Source of the DNA: a candidate division WOR-3 bacterium
GTDB taxonomy: Bacteria; Hydrothermota; Tepidihabitantia; B3-TA06
Reading direction: 5' to 3'
DNA length: 64,000 nt
Assembly: GCA_965649265.1 (NCBI GenBank)
Contig: CBFGKC010000003.1
Location: 32,001-96,000, forward strand
The notes under the pieces were generated by a model, which saw nothing but the letters and a program-made list of their open reading frames with translations, did not search any database and had not been told where the DNA came from. Each line of letters opens with the position of its first letter. Positions within the stretch are counted from its first letter, which is position 1. The position numbers were made by a program, and so were the translations under genes. Positions 59,498 through 64,000 of this stretch are shown here, piece after piece.

Positions 59498-60088
59498 TCA
59501 TCGCACACCTTCAATATTCAATTCCACAGGCAGCCCCAATTTCGCTAGTTTCTCCGGTGACCCGTAAAAATGCCGAGCGCATGCTACCTTACGTCTATGG
59601 ATCTCTGTCTCTCGCGAATGCAAACTGAACATATTTGCTTCGTTTTCCTCGTCGGTTAGAGGAACGTAATAGCCAAGAGGAAGCTTATTCGTACTCGCAA
59701 CGTAATAGTCCTTTTCGAGCAGCATGTCCCGAATACTTTTTCTCAGAGAATCGTCCGACAGGTGATATGATCCGAAGCCTTCCGTCGAAAGTCTTTTCCT
59801 TATCTCGTGTGAAGTCATCGCATTCCGCATCCCTCTCGCGTGTACCCACAAGAGATTCCAGATCGCTTTTTCCAGGACAGTCAAAGGTTCCTTTTCGAAA
59901 GCAGGACGCGCGATCACTCGATAAGCCGCGATACATTCAGCATGAGATTTGTTAAAAGCTTCCTTACCTTGAAGCCAACAAGCCTGGCATTTCGAGGGCG
60001 TAACCCCTGCGTTCCTTTTGGCGCAAAAGAACGACCTCGAAACATTCGCCACCGACTTATTCGCGGCTTCTATCCCCAGCTGTTCCAC
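59498..60088 (-). CDS. Cys-rich module + winged-helix protein
   Basis: FFCAKR...CQAC...CIA; TSHEI...DSLRKSIRDM...GYY. Confidence 0.7.
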   Translation of the reverse strand: MEQLGIEAANKSVANVSRSFFCAKRNAGVTPSKCQACWLQGKEAFNKSHAECIAAYRVIARPAFEKEPLTVLEKAIWNLLWVHARGMRNAMTSHEIRKRLSTEGFGSYHLSDDSLRKSIRDMLLEKDYYVASTNKLPLGYYVPLTDEENEANMFSLHSRETEIHRRKVACARHFYGSPEKLAKLGLPVELNIEGVR

Positions 60089-60089
60089 T

Positions 60090-60542
60090 TCATTCCTTTA
60101 CGGTACGGATCACGCAAACAGATTTTATGTTCCTTGAAGCGCCAAGCTTTTTGAGATCGGCGTCACCGAGTCTCTTAAGAGCGAGAACATCTATGGAATG
60201 CTTTACGGCGAATCCGTCCGGATAACGTTCGTCTAGGAGACGCAGCGTCTTAGCCTGATCAGTGATCACGAGTTCGTCGGTATCCTTGAAGAGCACGGTT
60301 CCGGCGTCGAATTTCTTGGACTTGCCGCCGAACTCCGCGAAATGATTGCGGCAAAACTTTTCTATGGCCGTCTTGCGGCCTTCTATCTCGGCCTGCCAGG
60401 CTTCCGTTTCCTCTTCGTATTTTTCCTGCGCCACCGCGATCGCGGCGTCGGCCTTCTGACGTTTCATTTCTACGAGTCTTTCGAGTTTACGAATCTCGAC
60501 GAGCTCGGCGTTAACGTCTGGGAATCCTCTGATTCTTTTCAC
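60090..60542 (-). CDS. gam: Mu Gam-like host-nuclease inhibitor
   Basis: Coiled coil then FGGKSKKFDAGTVLFK...VKHSIDVLALK. Confidence 0.8.
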   Translation of the reverse strand: MKRIRGFPDVNAELVEIRKLERLVEMKRQKADAAIAVAQEKYEEETEAWQAEIEGRKTAIEKFCRNHFAEFGGKSKKFDAGTVLFKDTDELVITDQAKTLRLLDERYPDGFAVKHSIDVLALKRLGDADLKKLGASRNIKSVCVIRTVKE

Positions 60543-60638
60543 TTCGTCTCCTTGCTTTTAATAATGTGATGCTCTCTTGTAATGGCCGCCTCCCTTGTGT
60601 AGAATTTTAACGTCAACGAACATGCAAAGGAGACGGCC

Positions 60639-60911
60639 ATGATCTTTTTAGATGAAGGGATTCCTTCTCTTCCCCCAACTGGATACAAGGTTTTGGATGA
60701 AGCATTTGCATTTGCTCTGACCAATGCAAGCGGAAGAACCTTTGAATCGGAGGGAGGATTAGTGCTTCTCATTTTAACAACCGTGCTAGAAAACATAGGA
60801 CCCGACTTAAACAACCGGTTAACCCGCATTGAAAATCTTTTACCTGAACTGGAGAAACTTCTACATAATGCACGTGAGACATCCATTCGAGGAGAAACTC
60901 ACCCAGGATAG
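60639..60911 (+). CDS. small antisense-oriented hypothetical protein
   Basis: AAGGAG RBS and TTGTAA-N17-TAGAAT upstream. Confidence 0.55.
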   Translation: MIFLDEGIPSLPPTGYKVLDEAFAFALTNASGRTFESEGGLVLLILTTVLENIGPDLNNRLTRIENLLPELEKLLHNARETSIRGETHPG

Positions 60912-60917
60912 ACGTTA

Positions 60918-61361
60918 TCACTTCTTTCTCCTTTTTGGGAATGCCTCGTCTACTCGCAGTCCTAAAACACGGGCTATGGCCTTCTGGAGTTTCTCGTTGG
61001 TTCTTTCACCTCTGATCGTTCTTTGAATTGAATCGGGTGTTATTTTGATACCAAACTGCTCATAGACGAGGTCTGCAATTCTTACGAAACTGATTTCCTT
61101 TCCCCCTTTTTCGAGCGGTTGAATCATCCTCTGTCTGATCACAAGGGTATTCGCTTCTCTTTTATAACCTTTCGGGTATTTCTTGACAGTTACTGTTTTT
61201 ACAGTATTATCCGATGTCGGTTTAACGACATTTTCAATATGGGAGCTGAAATGAGAAACATCCTTGGAGCTTTTGCGCGTCTTTTTCGTTGCGCGCTCGC
61301 GACCGAGGGTGAGTTTAGAGGAGGCTGATTGAACTCTGGCTCTGTTAGGTGTCGTGTTCAC
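60918..61361 (-). CDS. Ner/Cro-like HTH protein
   Basis: SIQRTIRGERTNEKLQKAIARVLGLRVDEAFP; divergent from the repressor. Confidence 0.7.
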   Translation of the reverse strand: MNTTPNRARVQSASSKLTLGRERATKKTRKSSKDVSHFSSHIENVVKPTSDNTVKTVTVKKYPKGYKREANTLVIRQRMIQPLEKGGKEISFVRIADLVYEQFGIKITPDSIQRTIRGERTNEKLQKAIARVLGLRVDEAFPKRRKK

Positions 61362-61367
61362 GACATT

Positions 61368-61395
61368 ATTATAACCAATCGTATATCATTGTCAA
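61368..61395 (-). promoter_or_regulatory. early lytic promoter TTGACA-N16-TATAAT
   Basis: Perfect boxes; -10 lies 6 nt from GTG 61361. Confidence 0.8.
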
Positions 61396-61435
61396 GTCCC
61401 TTTCGTGCATACTTAATCACTAACGGTGTTAATTA

Positions 61436-62410
61436 ATGAGCACGATTGGGGATAGGATAAAAGAAGTACGCAAATTGCGGGGAATATCAGCAAAAAAGTT
61501 AGGCCAATTGTTAGGTGTTTCTCAATCGGTCATCGCAAAATGGGAAACAGGCGCAAGAAAAAACTTACGTTCAGATTCCGTCAATAGGCTTGCAGGAGCA
61601 TTAAAAGTTAACACCCAATGGCTTTTAACTGGTGAAGGGCAAATGGAGAAATCCGAAAATAATAGCTCCGATTTACACCGCGGTGTAAATTCGGGTTCGT
61701 ATTTACGCGACTTAGATGTAGAATCCTTGGATTCTAAGGCTGTAGGGAATCGAATCCGGGAGGCAAGGGAAAGTTATCCAAATATTACATACGGAGTCGA
61801 TCCTGTGGGTATTTCTCAAGCCAAGTTGGCGGACAATATCAAGGTCGACAGCAGTCTAATATCAAAGTGGGAATCGGGCGAACGCGTTCCAGGGAAAGAG
61901 CAGTTCGAGCCTCTCGCGAACGCGCTGGGTGTCAAGCTTCGGTGGCTCTTAAGTGGTGAAGGTAAAAAGGACAGGTTTCCCGTGCCTCCCTCGAAGCAGT
62001 TACAACCTGCTTCGGGTGAAATGCGCGAGGTGCCTATTTTGGGATACGTGCCCGGCAGTGATCCTTTCGCGCCGGGACATGAACCAGAAGGGAGCATCAT
62101 GGTGCCACTCGAAGTATCGGAGCATCCTGGGCTGTTTGCCCTTTACATCAGGGGGGATTCAATGTCCCCTAAAATAGAAGACGGTGATCTCGTGTTCATA
62201 GAACCCGTTGAAGGCGAACTTCGGACGGGTTCAATCGTAGTAGCCCTGATTCAGGGTGAAACCACATGCAAGATTTTTAAGCGAACCGGTTCGGGAAAAC
62301 CCATGCTGGTTCCTCTCAATCCCGTAGTCGAACCTATTTACTTAACCGACGACGGAGATAGAATATTAGGGGTCGTCGCAGGAAGTTACCGGGTGTTCAA
62401 ACCCCTTTGA
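61436..62410 (+). CDS. CI/LexA-like repressor: two XRE HTH domains + S24 peptidase
   Basis: IGDRIK...WLLTGEG and VGNRIR...WLLSGEG; GDSM and TCK. Confidence 0.92.
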   Translation: MSTIGDRIKEVRKLRGISAKKLGQLLGVSQSVIAKWETGARKNLRSDSVNRLAGALKVNTQWLLTGEGQMEKSENNSSDLHRGVNSGSYLRDLDVESLDSKAVGNRIREARESYPNITYGVDPVGISQAKLADNIKVDSSLISKWESGERVPGKEQFEPLANALGVKLRWLLSGEGKKDRFPVPPSKQLQPASGEMREVPILGYVPGSDPFAPGHEPEGSIMVPLEVSEHPGLFALYIRGDSMSPKIEDGDLVFIEPVEGELRTGSIVVALIQGETTCKIFKRTGSGKPMLVPLNPVVEPIYLTDDGDRILGVVAGSYRVFKPL

Positions 62411-62432
62411 AATAGCAGTTTCGATTAAGACC

Positions 62433-62475
62433 TAAAGTACCACCGCGCGCTCAAAAAAACCTCGACACGCGCAAG
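62433..62475 (+). promoter_or_regulatory. phage late-promoter motif, copy 2
   Basis: Matches the reverse complement of 49568-49610; -10-like CACAAT 8 nt downstream. Confidence 0.7.
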
Positions 62476-62527
62476 CATACCAGCACAATTTAAGCGTGAA
62501 CGTTCACTCTCATTCTGGAGGTAGCGC

Positions 62528-63670
62528 GTGAAGAAATCCAAGAAGATTTTTCGTGTTCCTACCTATCACCCACGATTCGAAATCACCAGAGAAGTGATCC
62601 GCGAGATTGCGGCTTCGTACGATCCCTCCCTTCAAATAGCGCCTTTGAAACCCGGACACCAGAGCCAACCGGGAACGCCCGCTTTCGCCTGGTTCAAGGA
62701 AATCCGGGCAGTAGACGATTATCTGGAAGTGGTATTCGACACCGATCTCGTGACGAAGGCGGGGTTTGCAGCCTTAAAGAGCGGCAACTTCAAGACCGTT
62801 TCTCCGGAGTTTTACCCTCCCGACTCTCCCTACAATCCGACGCCCGGCAAGTGGTATTTCAAGGCGCTCGCTCATCTCGGCGCGCAGTCGCCAGCGGGAA
62901 AAGGACTCGACACCATCGACGCTTCAGACCTTGAAGGATTCACACCCCCGGAAACGTGGAAAGTCGCCGAAGCACTCGCTTTCGAGGAAGGCGAGCGGGA
63001 AAACGAATCTTATCTGGTGTTCGATCAGGAACCCGAAAAAGGAAAATCCAAAAACAACCTCGACCCAGGAGGTCAAGTGAAAAGACTGAAAGAAATCGTC
63101 CTGGCCGCGATCAAAGGGATCGTGCCGGACGACAAACTGGCTGAGTTCGGCGAGAAGATCGCGACTGAAGTCTCGAAAGGGATAGACGTCGCCAGCTTCT
63201 CCGAAGAAGACAAGGCTGTAATGGTTCTCGTTGAGAACCTCGCCAAGGCTCAGGCCGTAGCCTTTACCGAGCAAGGCAAGTCGCAAAAGACGGAAGCCGA
63301 ACTCGCAGCAGCCCGCAAGGAACTCGCAGAGTTCTCGGAAAAGAGCCGCCGCTCGGTCATAGAAGCGAAAGCGGACTCGCTTTCTCGCTCAGGAAAGCTT
63401 CCCCCGAAGCGCAAGGAAGAGTTCGTGAAGCTCGGCATGGCCTGCCCTACCGACGAGACGACTTACGTCGCCTTCACGGAAAAGGACGGCAAGGCCTCGA
63501 AACGCTCTCTCTTCGACTCTTTCTGCGCGTTCTTCGAGGAGTTCGTTCCGGCCAACCAGGCCGTCATCGACGAGGTGTCCAAGCCCGAAGGGAAGACCGC
63601 CGACTTTTCGGAACAGGACAAGTCCATCGACGACATAGTCAAGCGCAATTCGGGAGGTCGCAATGGCTGA
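62528..63670 (+). CDS. Mu gpI-like prohead protease/scaffold
   Basis: SYDPSLQIAPLKPGH, PAFAW, FKTVSPEFY, LGAQSPAGKGL; C-terminal helical scaffold. Confidence 0.88.
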   Translation: MKKSKKIFRVPTYHPRFEITREVIREIAASYDPSLQIAPLKPGHQSQPGTPAFAWFKEIRAVDDYLEVVFDTDLVTKAGFAALKSGNFKTVSPEFYPPDSPYNPTPGKWYFKALAHLGAQSPAGKGLDTIDASDLEGFTPPETWKVAEALAFEEGERENESYLVFDQEPEKGKSKNNLDPGGQVKRLKEIVLAAIKGIVPDDKLAEFGEKIATEVSKGIDVASFSEEDKAVMVLVENLAKAQAVAFTEQGKSQKTEAELAAARKELAEFSEKSRRSVIEAKADSLSRSGKLPPKRKEEFVKLGMACPTDETTYVAFTEKDGKASKRSLFDSFCAFFEEFVPANQAVIDEVSKPEGKTADFSEQDKSIDDIVKRNSGGRNG

Positions 63671-64000
63671 GTCTTACGGAGTAACGACCGACTCCAGGGC
63701 GGCGGACAACCTCATCGCAGGGAGTCATCCCGCGATTCAGATTCCGGTGGTCCTGGGTTCGGGGGCAGGGGATCTCGCAAGAGGCCAGCTCCTGGGTCGC
63801 AAGACTTCGGACAACAAGTACTACAAGTTCACGCCGGGTGGTTCCGACGGAACCGAAGTTCCCCGCGCCATACTTACGAGAGCCACTAACGCCGTCTCCG
63901 CGGACGCGAAAACGACCGCATACGTGCACGGCGAGTTCAACGAAGCGGCCATAGACTGGAACGGGGCAGACTCGACCCAGAAAGCGGCCGCGAAGCGCGC
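63663..64000 (+). CDS. lambda gpD-like head decoration protein (partial, runs off the window)
   Basis: Hand translation MAESYG...DNLIAG...LARGQLLG...SDGTEVPRAIL...AYVHGEFNEAAI; absent from the ORF track. Confidence 0.8.
   Translation, partial: MAESYGVTTDSRAADNLIAGSHPAIQIPVVLGSGAGDLARGQLLGRKTSDNKYYKFTPGGSDGTEVPRAILTRATNAVSADAKTTAYVHGEFNEAAIDWNGADSTQKAAAKR

Larger units (their letters stand above)
41453..64000. mobile_element. Mu-like transposable prophage (right part beyond the window; left boundary tentative)
   Basis: DDE transposase, Gam, GemA-like, DUF935 portal, gpF, gpI-like protease, terminase, lysis genes, repressor; TG-starting repeat array at 41453. Confidence 0.9.

Noticed and set aside
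1-64000. CRISPR array, rRNA, reverse transcriptase or DGR
   Set aside because: No repeat-spacer array, rRNA-like tract or RT motif seen by eye

Overview
Bacterial chromosomal segment (about 1-41,450) followed by a Mu-like transposable prophage (about 41,453 to beyond the window end). Several secreted host proteins carry T9SS/FlgD-like C-terminal domains, which weakly suggests an FCB-related candidate phylum such as WOR-3. Host genes include an S8 protease, TldD/PmbA, Fhs, two LepB paralogs, PlsC, a GT2, NlpC/P60, tRNA-Gly(TCC) and tRNA-Pro(GGG). Main host oddities: (i) an operon joining a stand-alone 7TM protein to two Roadblock/LC7 proteins; (ii) three adjacent full-length genes that have each lost their catalytic or cofactor residues (PHP-ATPase, SDR epimerase, SAM methyltransferase); (iii) a circularly permuted phosphoglycerate mutase; (iv) frequent TTGACA-N16-TAnnnT promoters, often placed for leaderless mRNAs. 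The prophage has a central two-HTH S24 repressor, a head module split across both strands, a shared 43-bp late-promoter motif, a MuB-like ATPase lacking the Walker A lysine, a DnaC/IstB-like ATPase, a minimal PolX, Gam, and a HEPN-like/NB-ARC/TPR cargo gene near its putative end. All family calls come from reading motifs by eye; no database search was run.
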